Assembly: GCA_001799575.1 (NCBI GenBank)
Contig: MGTT01000027.1
Coordinates: 11,997-75,996, forward strand
From: Elusimicrobia bacterium GWA2_56_46
Lineage (GTDB): Bacteria > Elusimicrobiota > Elusimicrobia > Elusimicrobiales > UBA9959
DNA: 64,000 nucleotides
Reading direction: 5' to 3'
How positions within the stretch are numbered: the first letter of the stretch is position 1; each line of letters opens with the position of its first letter. Shown here one piece after another: positions 31,701 through 40,709 of this stretch. A program made the translations under genes and the position numbers. The notes beneath the pieces were generated by a model that was given only the letters and a program-made list of their open reading frames with translations, was not told the DNA's origin and did not search any database.

Positions 31701-32061
31701 CGTAAGCCACGCTGTTGAACGGCTCCCTCGGCGCAAGCACGTCGCTCTCCACCTGCACCTCCAGGTAAAGGGCGCCCGCGTTGGAGAAAACGTCCCCGGG
31801 CGGAGTTATGGAAGCGCTGAAAATACCCTGCGCGGCGGTCACCAGGACTTCGGGGGATGAGAACAGCGGCGTCCCGCCCGAAGGAACATTGTAGATCCTG
31901 AAAATGAGATGGACGGGGCCGGTGATAGGCGCGTTATCCCTTTCAAGGCGGCCCTGATAATTGAGCGAGCCGGGCACCGACCCGGGCAGGATGTCTCCGG
32001 CCAGGACGGAGAGCCCGGCCAGCACCGGGAGAATAAGAGCCGCGAAAATAATTTTCTTCAT
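28792..32061 (-). CDS. Large secreted phage-tail-fibre-like adhesin
   Basis: Signal peptide MKKIIF; LNYQGRL N-domain; repeated GNVGIGT..P...L.V.G; three P.V.RGGTG-type repeats; IVRRDASGNF. Confidence 0.8.
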   Translation of the reverse strand: MKKIIFAALILPVLAGLSVLAGDILPGSVPGSLNYQGRLERDNAPITGPVHLIFRIYNVPSGGTPLFSSPEVLVTAAQGIFSASITPPGDVFSNAGALYLEVQVESDVLAPREPFNSVAYALAAKKLEDGASISVATLTSTGNVGLGTDVTGDRLSISGKIRFTGPSDAICFSDTSCMYSAGVGATGGVTSTVDSVLEADSDLNNTGEMIVKTTGVERLRIKNASGGGGIGIGPGALAAPLGTVDIDGSLYVGSQGIYDRTGGSVTVRGLFVPDGGITGANSEYLSLGRTDNVIALMSGGAERLRVHSNGNIGVGLAAPADNLQAAGDIASNTGVRGGRVSIGDYSTWTDLLNEVRSEAGYDLLLQQTNSYNVGIGTNTPREKLHVKGSVRADKGIIAATAAFSGAVSVNGDFTANSGAGNRVFLSSTTIYGSLTVTGGVGSDKGLPAYVADNNAFTGKNTFTGLVTISTDILVSNRLGAGVLDFDFPAAKYLQIGDNRPEFSGDDAAAYIVAGTNADSRLFFYRGGAEAAHFETQAGANLALVVGDAKSAVDGTYYRIFNSVVLISTGNSPVGATTPAVYISSSLGNVGMGTAILDPNHRLTVEGNIRISTSSSPGKSYGIIFADGTALNSANPGGLSVGAVSNNTNAVVQSDADSDGSGSVILRASALDALVANSGGNVGIGTSNPLSRLNVRGGDLVLGAPSLGSGGSASEDIFVAGNVVVDGGIVQRSATPVLLSALTVSGNVYLSTGTSAGTRLGSEVPPVYKLDVTGDINASGALRTGGTARISASGVVGSGGANASWDGSLIPVNRGGTGVSSFLSQGILYGNGTGDLNVTAAGAMYQVLRAGALGAPAFGAVNLDQAAAVTGILPAVNGGTGADLGAAAAGSIPYFSAAGVMSALGAGTLNYVLQGNGAGAAPGWVQAVETNTGNTIVRRDASGNFSGATITAAAFSGNLTGNVTGDVSGSAGSLANTAAAGNSALTAINSAAAGTVPVARGGTGAGTFTQNGVLYGNDALGINVTALGAANTVLRGTGGAPTFGTIDSNYTSGATGSFDVAVTTTTPAQCKLLTITNGLITAIGANHACD

Positions 32062-32115
32062 AGTTTTTTTCTTCGCACGGATCAAAGCGGACAGTCGCCA
32101 CTCCAATCCTCTGTT

Positions 32116-32652
32116 TTATCTGACGATCACCAGTTTTCCTTTTTTAGAGCCGCCGCCGCCCTGGTTAAGATAAATATACAGGCCGCTGGCCACCCGGCTG
32201 CCGTTATCGGTTCTGAGATCCCAGCCTATGCTGTCCAGGTTGCTGTTTTTTTCGATGGTGCGCACCAGTTCCCCGGAAACAGTGTAAACGCGCACCGTGG
32301 CCTGGAGCGTCAGCCTGGTGAAAGTCACGCCGTTACAGCCTTTGCTGAGGTTGCAGGGATTGGGATAAACATGCGAAGTATCCACGTTATCCTGGGGCGG
32401 CCGCCAGGAATTGACCGTGCCCCAGTTGACGGAGTAGCGGGCGCTGCTGAGCGTCCCGTGGCCCAACTGCCCCGTGTTGCCAAAAAGGGAATAAGCCCCC
32501 CCGGTCTTGGGCGCGGTATTGCCGATCGTGGTCTGCTCGCTTATAAGAATGCGGTAAACGGCGGAAGCGGAAACGGCGCCGGCAGCTTTGTAAAATGCGA
32601 AAGCGGCGCAACAGAGGGACGCGAGAACGGCGATATTTTTCCACCTGCGCAT
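32116..32652 (-). CDS. Small secreted protein with T9SS-type-A/FlgD-Ig C-terminal domain
   Basis: Signal peptide; VYPNP, VYTVSGELVR, WD, VASGLY, KLVIVR. Confidence 0.8.
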   Translation of the reverse strand: MRRWKNIAVLASLCCAAFAFYKAAGAVSASAVYRILISEQTTIGNTAPKTGGAYSLFGNTGQLGHGTLSSARYSVNWGTVNSWRPPQDNVDTSHVYPNPCNLSKGCNGVTFTRLTLQATVRVYTVSGELVRTIEKNSNLDSIGWDLRTDNGSRVASGLYIYLNQGGGGSKKGKLVIVR

Positions 32653-32717
32653 ATTAGCCCTCGGCTTTCAGCCTGACGCCATATATTTTGATAAATGATA
32701 TAATTTTTACCGCTGCC

Positions 32718-34265
32718 ATGGAAACCGCGCCCGGAATACTGGTGATCAGGATGTCGTCCCTGGGCGACATCATATTGACGGCCCCCGTCCTGAGGAACCT
32801 CAGGCGCCGGTGGCCGGACGCCCGCATTACAATGCTGGTCAAGCCCCAGTTCGCCGCGGCCGCGGCCAAAAATCCTTTCGTTTCGGACATTCTCCCTTTC
32901 CGCGGCCTGATATCGGCCGTCGGTGATATAAAGAAAGGCCGTTACGACATCCTCGTGGATCTGCACGCGAACCTGCGCAGCCGTCTGCTTGCTTTTTTTT
33001 CCGGCATCGCGCTGAAAACCCGCTACCGCAAGGATTCCCTGGCCCGCCGCCTTTTCGTGAATTTCCGCGTGCCCAGCCCGGCCCTTGAAAAGCACACGCT
33101 GGAACGGTATCTGGAAGTCCTGGACGCCATAAACGTCCCGGCCGTACACCGGGAACCGCTGATCGGGGACTGGGTCATGGAAGCCGGGCCGCCGGCGCTT
33201 AAAAAAGGCCCGAAGCGCGTGGCGCTGCTGCAGACCGCCTTCCTGGGAGATTCGGTTTTGACCCTGCCGCTGCTGGAAAAAATAAAAAAAGTCCTGCCGG
33301 ATTCCGAGATCACCGTGCTGACCCGGCCGGAAACGGCGCAGGTGTTCGCCTCCTCCGGATTGGCGGCGGAAGTCCTCGCCGATGACAAAAAGGTGCCAGG
33401 CACCTTTTTTAAAAATTTTTTTCGTCTCCTGGCGGAACTCAAAAAACGCCGGTTCGACATCATCATAGTTCCCCACCGGTCGCTGAGAAGCGCGCTGCTG
33501 GCGCGCCTGGCCGGCATTCCCATGCGCATAGGCTTCGACTCAAGCGCCGGCAGTTTCCTGTTCACCCACAAAGTCCCTTTCTCCTGGCTCCTTCACGACT
33601 TGGAGCGGAACCTGACGCTGGTTCTGCCGCTGGAAGGCGATACCGCCGCTTCTTTCCCCGCCCTGCGGGAAGCGGCCGGGCCGTTAAAGTTTCCCGGTTT
33701 GGACGGGAGCATCTTTATCGGGGCCAATCCCGGCTCGGTCTGGCCGACAAAGCGCTGGCCGAAAGATTACTGGGCGCGCCTGATAACCGAACTGTCGCGC
33801 GCCTACGGCACGAAAGTCCTGCTGGTGGGCGGCAGGAACGAAGTAGAATGGAACGGGGAAATTGAAAAAGCCGCGGCGCCGGGCTCCATTCTTAACCTGA
33901 CCGGAAAAACCGGCATGGAAGATCTTATGGGCCTCATACGGAGGCTCAAGCTCTTCATCACCAACGATTCCGGCCCCATGCACATCGCCGTCGCTTTCGG
34001 CGTGCCGGTGGCCGCGATCTTCGGCCCCACCACGCGCGAGCTGGGTTTTTTCCCCTACGGCGCCGGCAATATAGTCCTGGAAGAACCCCTCGCCTGCCGG
34101 CCCTGCGCCCTGCACGGTTCGAAAAAATGCCCGCGCGGACATTTTTTATGTATGAGACTGGTGACCCCGGATAAAGTCCTGGCGGCGGCGAAAGACATTT
34201 TAGATAAAGAGAACATAAGCGGTAAAGCGCAAAGGGATTCCGGGATTACAAGGAAAATATGCTGA
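32718..34265 (+). CDS. GT9 heptosyltransferase (WaaF-like) with an extra N-terminal GT9 half-domain
   Basis: RMSSLGDIIL...DLH, then QTAFLGDSVL...PGSVWPTKRWP...NDSGPMHIA..FGPT. Confidence 0.88.
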   Translation: METAPGILVIRMSSLGDIILTAPVLRNLRRRWPDARITMLVKPQFAAAAAKNPFVSDILPFRGLISAVGDIKKGRYDILVDLHANLRSRLLAFFSGIALKTRYRKDSLARRLFVNFRVPSPALEKHTLERYLEVLDAINVPAVHREPLIGDWVMEAGPPALKKGPKRVALLQTAFLGDSVLTLPLLEKIKKVLPDSEITVLTRPETAQVFASSGLAAEVLADDKKVPGTFFKNFFRLLAELKKRRFDIIIVPHRSLRSALLARLAGIPMRIGFDSSAGSFLFTHKVPFSWLLHDLERNLTLVLPLEGDTAASFPALREAAGPLKFPGLDGSIFIGANPGSVWPTKRWPKDYWARLITELSRAYGTKVLLVGGRNEVEWNGEIEKAAAPGSILNLTGKTGMEDLMGLIRRLKLFITNDSGPMHIAVAFGVPVAAIFGPTTRELGFFPYGAGNIVLEEPLACRPCALHGSKKCPRGHFLCMRLVTPDKVLAAAKDILDKENISGKAQRDSGITRKIC

Positions 34266-35077
34266 ATGAACTTTTGGCGGTTACCGTTTTTTCGGGCGCG
34301 GCTTTGGCCAGCGCCCGCTGGACCTGGTGGCGCGGCGCGGCCCGCGGCCTGCCGGCGCTGGTCTACCACAAAATAGGAAAGCCTCCGGAGGGTTCGAAGC
34401 TGAAAGACCTGTGGGTCTCCCCGGAAAAATTCCGTTCCCAGGTCGCGTGGCTACTGGCGCACGGATATGTCCCGGTGCTGTTTTCCGAAGTCAGCAAGGC
34501 GCAGAAAGGCGGCAAGCCGCTGCCCGCGAACGCGGTCCTTATAACTTTCGACGACGGCTACGAGAATAACTATACCCACGCCTACAAGATCCTGCGCGAG
34601 CTGGGCGCCAAAGGCAATATCTTCATCGTGTTCAACACGATCGGCAAAGCCAATCTCTGGCATGATCCCGGAACAGAACCCTGGATCAATATGGCCTCCA
34701 TGAAGATGCTGACGGAAATGCAGGAAAGCGGCGTGATGGAATTCGGCTCGCACACCATGAGCCATCCGAATCTGGAAAAACTTCCTCTTGAGGACGCGGC
34801 CTGGGAACTGACGGAATCCAAGAAGCAGCTGGAAGCCGCTCTGGGCCGGGAGATGAGCGCTTTCGCGTATCCCTACGGCGCCGGCGCTTACACCCCGGCC
34901 ATAAGAGCGCTGGCGCTCAAAGCCGGCTATGTCCTGGATTTCAGTTTCAGGCAGGGCAAGACGCCCTGGCCCTGGAACCGGGAAGCCGGGCCTATAGACC
35001 GCCTCTTCATCAAAGGCGGAGATAATAATCTGGATCTCCGGCTGCAGCTGACAAGGGGAGCGTCCCGGCTGTGGTAA
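34259..35077 (+). CDS. Polysaccharide deacetylase (CE4)
   Basis: LVYH, ITFDDGY, GSHTMSHP, FAYPYG. Confidence 0.92.
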   Translation: MLNELLAVTVFSGAALASARWTWWRGAARGLPALVYHKIGKPPEGSKLKDLWVSPEKFRSQVAWLLAHGYVPVLFSEVSKAQKGGKPLPANAVLITFDDGYENNYTHAYKILRELGAKGNIFIVFNTIGKANLWHDPGTEPWINMASMKMLTEMQESGVMEFGSHTMSHPNLEKLPLEDAAWELTESKKQLEAALGREMSAFAYPYGAGAYTPAIRALALKAGYVLDFSFRQGKTPWPWNREAGPIDRLFIKGGDNNLDLRLQLTRGASRLW

Positions 35078-36087
35078 AGAAAATACTTCTGATCCAGTTC
35101 CGGCAGATCGGAGACGTGCTTTTGAGCGCGCCCGCCGCCGAAGTGCTGAAAGCCAACTTCCCGGCGGCGAAGCTGGATTTTCTCACCCAGCCGCCGGCGG
35201 ATCAGGCACTGGAGCGCAATCCGGCCATAGACGAAGTGCTGGCTTACTCCAATTCCCATCCGCTTAAATGGCTCCTGGAAATACGCCGGAGGAAATACGA
35301 TCTTGTAATAGATCTGATGTCCACCCCCCGCTCCGCCCTGATGACGGCAATGAGCGGCGCGCGGATAAAAGCCGGGCCGGCCTATACCCACTCCTCCTGG
35401 GCTTACAACTTTAAACTTGAGCTCAAGCCCGGCCAGCGGGAGTACAACCCCTTTTTTAAGATAGACCTGATAGCACAGCTCGGCCTGAAGAATATTTTTT
35501 ATCCGTATCCCAAATGCTATCCGGCGGCCGGAGACCTGGAATGGGCCGCCGCGGTATCCCGTCCCGGACTCCCGGGCGCTCCCCTCATAGCTTTTTCCCC
35601 CGCCTCGCGGCGGGCCACACGCCGCTGGCCGGCGGAACATTACGCCCGCCTGGCCGCCCTTATAACTCAAAGAACAAAAGCCGGCGTCATGGTCTTGTGG
35701 GGACCGGGCGAAAAGAAACTGGCTGAGGACATCGTCCGCGCGGCGGCTTCTACCTCCGTGGTCGTCTCGCCGGAAACCCCCACTCTTTCCAGGCTGTCGG
35801 CTCTCCTGAAACAGGCGGCCCTGCTGGTCTCCAATTGCAACGGTACCAGGCATATCGCGCAGGCTTCCGGCATACCGACGCTGGGGCTCTACGGCTCCAG
35901 CCGGCCCGAAAGCTGGAACCCTCCCGGCGATCCCAGGCACCTGGCCGTCAGGAACGAGGCCCTTGCCTGCCTCGCCTGCCAGAAGAACGACTGCTCCGGG
36001 AACATAGAATGCCTGAAAGGGCTGTCCCCGGAAACAGTATTTGCTAAACTACTCTCTATGGCAAAGGAGTCGGGACTCGCTCTATGA
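35071..36087 (+). CDS. GT9 LPS glycosyltransferase
   Basis: RQIGDVLL, RRWP..HY, GPGE, NGTRHIA, CLAC. Confidence 0.9.
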   Translation: MVKKILLIQFRQIGDVLLSAPAAEVLKANFPAAKLDFLTQPPADQALERNPAIDEVLAYSNSHPLKWLLEIRRRKYDLVIDLMSTPRSALMTAMSGARIKAGPAYTHSSWAYNFKLELKPGQREYNPFFKIDLIAQLGLKNIFYPYPKCYPAAGDLEWAAAVSRPGLPGAPLIAFSPASRRATRRWPAEHYARLAALITQRTKAGVMVLWGPGEKKLAEDIVRAAASTSVVVSPETPTLSRLSALLKQAALLVSNCNGTRHIAQASGIPTLGLYGSSRPESWNPPGDPRHLAVRNEALACLACQKNDCSGNIECLKGLSPETVFAKLLSMAKESGLAL

Positions 36088-37184
36088 ACCCGAAAAGGCT
36101 CAGGGACCGGTTTATAAAGAAGACGGCGGGCCGTCTGTTGTTGCGTTTCCTTTCTTTTATTTACGTGTCAGGCATCACTCTGCGGCGTATGCTGTACGAG
36201 GCCGGCCTGCTGAAAAGTTATAGACTCCCGGTGCCGGTAGTCTGTTTCGGCAACCTTTCCGCCGGCGGCACGGGCAAAACCTCCACCGTAGTCATGGCGG
36301 CGATAGAACTGAAGAAAAACGGCCGCAACCCAGCCGTCCTTATACGCGGTTACAGGCGCAAGGCGCCCCGCAAAAAACTCACTATCCTCGCGGAGGGCGA
36401 GCCGTTCTCCGCGGAAGAGGCCGGGGACGAAGCCCTGATGCTGTTCAAAATGCTGCGCGAGCACGAAATCCCCGTCCTGGTCTCTTCCGACCGCTACCAG
36501 TCCGGGCTGGCCGCCCTGGAAAAATTCAAGAGCGATATCCTGCTGATGGACGACGGCTACCAGTTCTTCCGGCTCCGGCGCGACGTGAACGTGGCTCTTA
36601 TAAACGCTACCATGCCTTTCCATAAGGACTCTTTGCTGCCGCTGGGGGATCTCCGGGAAACCCCCGCGGGACTGGACCGGGCGGACGCCATCATTCTCTC
36701 CCACTGCGAACACGCTTCCGGGGACGGAATAGAGGCCCTGAAAGAGGAGATAAAAAAAGTGGCTCCCGCCGCGGCGGTGATAGAAAGCATGCATTCTCCA
36801 GACATGTTCCTGGACGCTCTTAAAAAGGAAAAGGTCTCGCTTTCCAGGTTCCGCGGCAAAAGCGTGGTGACGCTTTCCGGCATCGGCGATCCGAGGTCTT
36901 TCGAAAACACCATCGTGGATCTCAAGGCGGTTCCGGCGCAGATCTGGCGTTACCCGGATCATCACCAGTTCACGCGGGAAGAACTGCGCGCCATAGAGGA
37001 AACACGGGGAGAGCTGCCGCTCATAACCACCTACAAGGATTTTGTGCGGTTTCCGGCGGACTGGCCCCGGCTCCTCGGAGGCGGAGTGTTCATTCTCTCC
37101 GTGAAAATAATCTTTCTGGGAGACGGACACGAACGGCTAATGGAAACCATAACGCCGCATAAAAACGTAAAAAGCAAAGCGTGA
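36084..37184 (+). CDS. lpxK: Tetraacyldisaccharide 4'-kinase
   Basis: GNLSAGGTGKT, RGY, GDEA, DDGYQ, LP.G.LRE, YPDHH, TT.KD. Confidence 0.93.
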   Translation: MNPKRLRDRFIKKTAGRLLLRFLSFIYVSGITLRRMLYEAGLLKSYRLPVPVVCFGNLSAGGTGKTSTVVMAAIELKKNGRNPAVLIRGYRRKAPRKKLTILAEGEPFSAEEAGDEALMLFKMLREHEIPVLVSSDRYQSGLAALEKFKSDILLMDDGYQFFRLRRDVNVALINATMPFHKDSLLPLGDLRETPAGLDRADAIILSHCEHASGDGIEALKEEIKKVAPAAAVIESMHSPDMFLDALKKEKVSLSRFRGKSVVTLSGIGDPRSFENTIVDLKAVPAQIWRYPDHHQFTREELRAIEETRGELPLITTYKDFVRFPADWPRLLGGGVFILSVKIIFLGDGHERLMETITPHKNVKSKA

Positions 37185-37265
37185 AGCGTTTCCGTTGTTC
37201 ACTGGTCACTGACTACTGTCCACTGATCTCATATGATCGCCTATTTGCGAAAAAACGGAAAAGAT

Positions 37266-37817
37266 ATGAAGCGCCCGGCGGTTTTCCTGGACAGGGACGG
37301 CACCATAGTCTATGACAGGCCGGGACACTACCTTACGGATCCGGAGCGGCTCAGGATCTACAAGGGCGCTTTCCAGGCGTTGAAAATCATGTCGGCCCTC
37401 GGCTACCGGCTGATAGTCGTCACCAATCAGGCCGGTATCGGCAGAGGCTATATGACGCTGAAAACGTCCGTGGCGATAAACCTCAAACTCCGCCGGGATC
37501 TGGCCGCGAAAGGCGTCTTTCTGGACGGCATATATTTCTGCCCCCATCTGCCTGATGAAGGCTGCGCCTGCCGCAAACCCGGCCCGGGCCTGATCAAAGA
37601 AGCCCTGAAACATCACCGCATAGATCTTTCCCGGTCCGTAGTCATCGGCGACAAGACGTGCGATATGAAGCTCGCGGATTCGCTGGGCCTGGCGTCTATC
37701 CTGGTAAAGACCGGGCACGGCCGGAGCGAACTGCGGAAACGACCGGGCCTCGCCGGGGGCCGGGCGGTAAAAAAGGGGCTCCTTGAAGCGGCGGCGTGGA
37801 TCAAAGGGTTAGGGTAG
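37266..37817 (+). CDS. gmhB: Heptose-1,7-bisphosphate phosphatase
   Basis: AVFLDRDGT, VTNQAGIGRG, CPH..C.CRKP, IGD..D. Confidence 0.9.
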   Translation: MKRPAVFLDRDGTIVYDRPGHYLTDPERLRIYKGAFQALKIMSALGYRLIVVTNQAGIGRGYMTLKTSVAINLKLRRDLAAKGVFLDGIYFCPHLPDEGCACRKPGPGLIKEALKHHRIDLSRSVVIGDKTCDMKLADSLGLASILVKTGHGRSELRKRPGLAGGRAVKKGLLEAAAWIKGLG

Positions 37818-37842
37818 AGTTTTCAGAAATAAGGAAAACTGC

Positions 37843-38394
37843 ATGAAAAAAAGAATACTGGTTTCTCAGCTTATCGCTGTCGCGGTCATAATCCTGGCCA
37901 AGCCCGCCAGCTGGAAGCTTTTTACGGCGGGCTTCAGCGTGATGGCTTTGGGCCAGCTCATACGCCTGCTGGCCTCCTCGGCGATAGTCAAGTCCAGGAC
38001 GCTCACGGTCTCCGGCCCCTACGCCGTAGTCCGCAATCCCCTTTATCTGGGAACGGCTTTCATGGTGCTGGGCCTCCTCATTTCTCTTTCAAACCGCCAG
38101 GCCCCTCTGCGCACCGCGCTGGTCTGGCTGGTCACGACCGTTTCATTCACGTTAATCTACCGGGTTCAGATAAAAGCCGAAGAGGAATTTCTGCTCTCTT
38201 CCTACGGGCCTGAATTTGAACGGTACAGGGAGCGCGTCAACGCCGTTATCCCCCGCCCCGGCGCCCTCTCCGGATTTTTTGAATGCGGCGCCTACTCCTG
38301 GGAGATCTTCCGTAAGAACAAAGAGTGGCGCGGCTTGCTGGGTATGCTGGCGCTGGCCGCAGTAGTGGCCGCGAGGATAAAATATGGATTTTAA
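37843..38394 (+). CDS. ICMT/PEMT-family membrane methyltransferase
   Basis: L.VSGPYAVVRNPLYLG, EEEFL..YG.EF.RY. Confidence 0.85.
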   Translation: MKKRILVSQLIAVAVIILAKPASWKLFTAGFSVMALGQLIRLLASSAIVKSRTLTVSGPYAVVRNPLYLGTAFMVLGLLISLSNRQAPLRTALVWLVTTVSFTLIYRVQIKAEEEFLLSSYGPEFERYRERVNAVIPRPGALSGFFECGAYSWEIFRKNKEWRGLLGMLALAAVVAARIKYGF

Positions 38395-39223
38395 AACTGG
38401 AAAAATTATTGCCGCGGCGCTCATCCTGTCCGTTCTCCACACCGGAGCGCTCCGCGCCGGAGAAAACCCAGTATACCTGGTGCATCCCTATACTTCGCTT
38501 GAAGCGGCCGTGGACACGGACACCGCGGCCTTGCGGCGCGATTGGTACGGGGAATACCTGCAATACGAGATCTATTGGGGCCTGATCAATGTAGGTTCGG
38601 CTTATATCTGGATAGACAAGATCGTAACCATAGACGGGCGGCCCGCCTATCATATCATCTCAGGCGCAAAATCAGCAGCCTTCATACGGAATTTTTATTC
38701 CGTCTCGGATATCAACGAATCCTGGATGGACGTGGAGACCCTGTATTCCCGCGGCTACTATAAGAAGATCCAGGAGGGCGGATATTTCTTCAACGAATGG
38801 GTCATTTTCGACAACGAGGCTAAAACTTTCCGCGGCGAAAAAATGAACAAGAAAAGAAATACCGGGCCGGTGGAAGGAACTCTGGAGGGGCCGGTGAGCG
38901 ACGTGCTTTCCGCGCTGTACCTGGTGCGCACCATGGAAATGAAGCCGGATACTCCGGTTGAGATCGCCGTCAACACCAAGCGCAACTGGCGCATGAATAT
39001 AAAATTCAGGAAACGCGAGAAAGAATCCACGGCCTACGGCAAATTCAAGTGCGTTATGATAGAACCACAGCTGGGGGATGACGGCCTTTTCGTGGCGAAA
39101 AAAGGCAAAAAGATGCTTGCCTGGATAACCGACGACGAACTGCGCCTGCCCCTGATCCTGAAAGCCGAGATCTTCATAGGCTCCGTGACCGCCAAACTCG
39201 TAAAACGCGAGATCCGCCCGTAG
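38384..39223 (+). CDS. DUF3108 family exported protein
   Basis: Signal peptide; GE.L.Y...WG....G, D.LSALY..R, WITDD..RLP.....IFIGSV. Confidence 0.75.
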   Translation: MDFKTGKIIAAALILSVLHTGALRAGENPVYLVHPYTSLEAAVDTDTAALRRDWYGEYLQYEIYWGLINVGSAYIWIDKIVTIDGRPAYHIISGAKSAAFIRNFYSVSDINESWMDVETLYSRGYYKKIQEGGYFFNEWVIFDNEAKTFRGEKMNKKRNTGPVEGTLEGPVSDVLSALYLVRTMEMKPDTPVEIAVNTKRNWRMNIKFRKREKESTAYGKFKCVMIEPQLGDDGLFVAKKGKKMLAWITDDELRLPLILKAEIFIGSVTAKLVKREIRP

Positions 39224-39285
39224 CTCAGCAGCAGGGCCTACACCGGACATAGGCACAAAACCTTATCAACCTGGGCACTTTGCCT

Positions 39286-39315
39286 TTGCATGAACGGCCT
39301 CGTTTACGCTAAACT
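39286..39315 (+). promoter_or_regulatory. Putative sigma70 promoter (leaderless)
   Basis: TTGCAT-N18-TAAACT-N6-ATG, no SD sequence. Confidence 0.5.
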
Positions 39316-39321
39316 ATTACC

Positions 39322-40611
39322 ATGAACCACAATCGATCCATCTCCAAAGCCACGTTTACGGCGGTTTTTTTTGCGCTGGTCTGCGCCCTGCAGGCGCCGG
39401 CCCGCGCCGGCGTTCCGGCCCCTAAAAACCCAAAAAATAATTTTCAGTCCGGGGCTGACTTCCTGAACCGGGAAAGAACCGGGCATATCTGGCCCGACAT
39501 GATTTTCCTCCACGGGACCAGTTACGACGAGTTAGCGTACACAATGAGCAGGAACCGCGACATTGTAAGAAAAACTCTGCTGCGCGAATTCGGGTCATTG
39601 TTTATCCCGCTGGCCGCGGCAAACGCGAATCTGGATGCGCTGGCTGAAACCATCACCCAGACAATCCTGAATTTCGATCAGATTCACGATAAACGCAAGG
39701 ACGAGGCCATGCAGGGAATACTTGAGAATCAATTCCGCGCGGAAATTGACGAACTTTACAGCGCTTACGGCCTGGGAGACGGGCTGCGCAGGGTGGATTT
39801 CCTTTACTCCGGTTCCCCCATGGTCAGGGCTCTCAAAGCCCACTCGACACGCGAGTCGCTGCCGAGGGAACTCCTGAATAACGTGGACTATGTCATTTAC
39901 GGCTCCTATCTCCTGCAGGACAAAACCAGCGTCTCCGTAACTTTGACCGTTGAAAAACTGAGCACCGGCCAGACGCGCAGTTTTGAGGCGGCCGCTCCGA
40001 TCGCGACCGTCATGAAGCTCCTCGCAAAGAAAGTTTTTGATTTCTTTCAGTCCAACGAGTACTCCGATTGGGTAGACCCCCAGCCGGATCTGCAGTGGAT
40101 CCCGCCGGCGCCGGGGCAGCCCCGCGCGACCGCGGCCAGCGCAAGGCTTTACTGCCGCGGGCAGAACGCCAGGCTCCCTTACGCGAGGGAGCTCCTCATG
40201 GCGAGCCAGGGCACCTCTTACCGTCCCGGCGGCATTCCTCCTCTCCAGGAGAATGATATTTATATAGTGCTGGACAAGCAGCGCCGGGATGAACAGCATT
40301 ATTTCTTCACCGGCCGGGCCGGAGAGGCCACCGGCGGGCCCGTCAGAACGAGCGCGGGCTACAGCGTAATAAACGGTTCCTACTGGTGCGTCCGCGGGAC
40401 GGCGAACCGGCAAGTAAGCGTTTATGAAGAGATCTACGCGCTCATAAGGAAGCCTGGAACGCCCCAGCCGGTTCGCGCGGCTCTTGAGTGCATACTGGCC
40501 AAACTGGACGACTTTGGAGCCAGGCAGGAAAATGCCGGGGCATTCTCCACCATAGAGGAAGCGGCTGAATTTCTGTCCGAGGCGGGCTATACCGTCAATC
40601 TGCCCGAATAA
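39322..40611 (+). CDS. Secreted hypothetical protein with a lectin-like (A..YC....ARLP...EL) region
   Basis: Signal peptide; ARLYCRGQNARLPYAREL and YWCVR; own putative promoter and terminator. Confidence 0.7.
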   Translation: MNHNRSISKATFTAVFFALVCALQAPARAGVPAPKNPKNNFQSGADFLNRERTGHIWPDMIFLHGTSYDELAYTMSRNRDIVRKTLLREFGSLFIPLAAANANLDALAETITQTILNFDQIHDKRKDEAMQGILENQFRAEIDELYSAYGLGDGLRRVDFLYSGSPMVRALKAHSTRESLPRELLNNVDYVIYGSYLLQDKTSVSVTLTVEKLSTGQTRSFEAAAPIATVMKLLAKKVFDFFQSNEYSDWVDPQPDLQWIPPAPGQPRATAASARLYCRGQNARLPYARELLMASQGTSYRPGGIPPLQENDIYIVLDKQRRDEQHYFFTGRAGEATGGPVRTSAGYSVINGSYWCVRGTANRQVSVYEEIYALIRKPGTPQPVRAALECILAKLDDFGARQENAGAFSTIEEAAEFLSEAGYTVNLPE

Positions 40612-40627
40612 TCAAGCCGTATCCGCA

Positions 40628-40667
40628 AAAACTGCGCGGCGCCTCTCAGCCCGCGCAGTTTTGTTTT
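40628..40667 (+). terminator. Intrinsic terminator
   Basis: AAACTGCGCGG/CCGCGCAGTTT stem followed by a T-rich tract after the 40611 stop. Confidence 0.7.
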
Positions 40668-40709
40668 GCCGCCGGGCGAGACAGGGCGCTAAATTAGTAT
40701 AATTATCCT

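Noticed and set aside
28792-32061. Prophage tail gene
   Set aside because: It has a Sec signal peptide and core-like codon style, and no phage genes are nearby.
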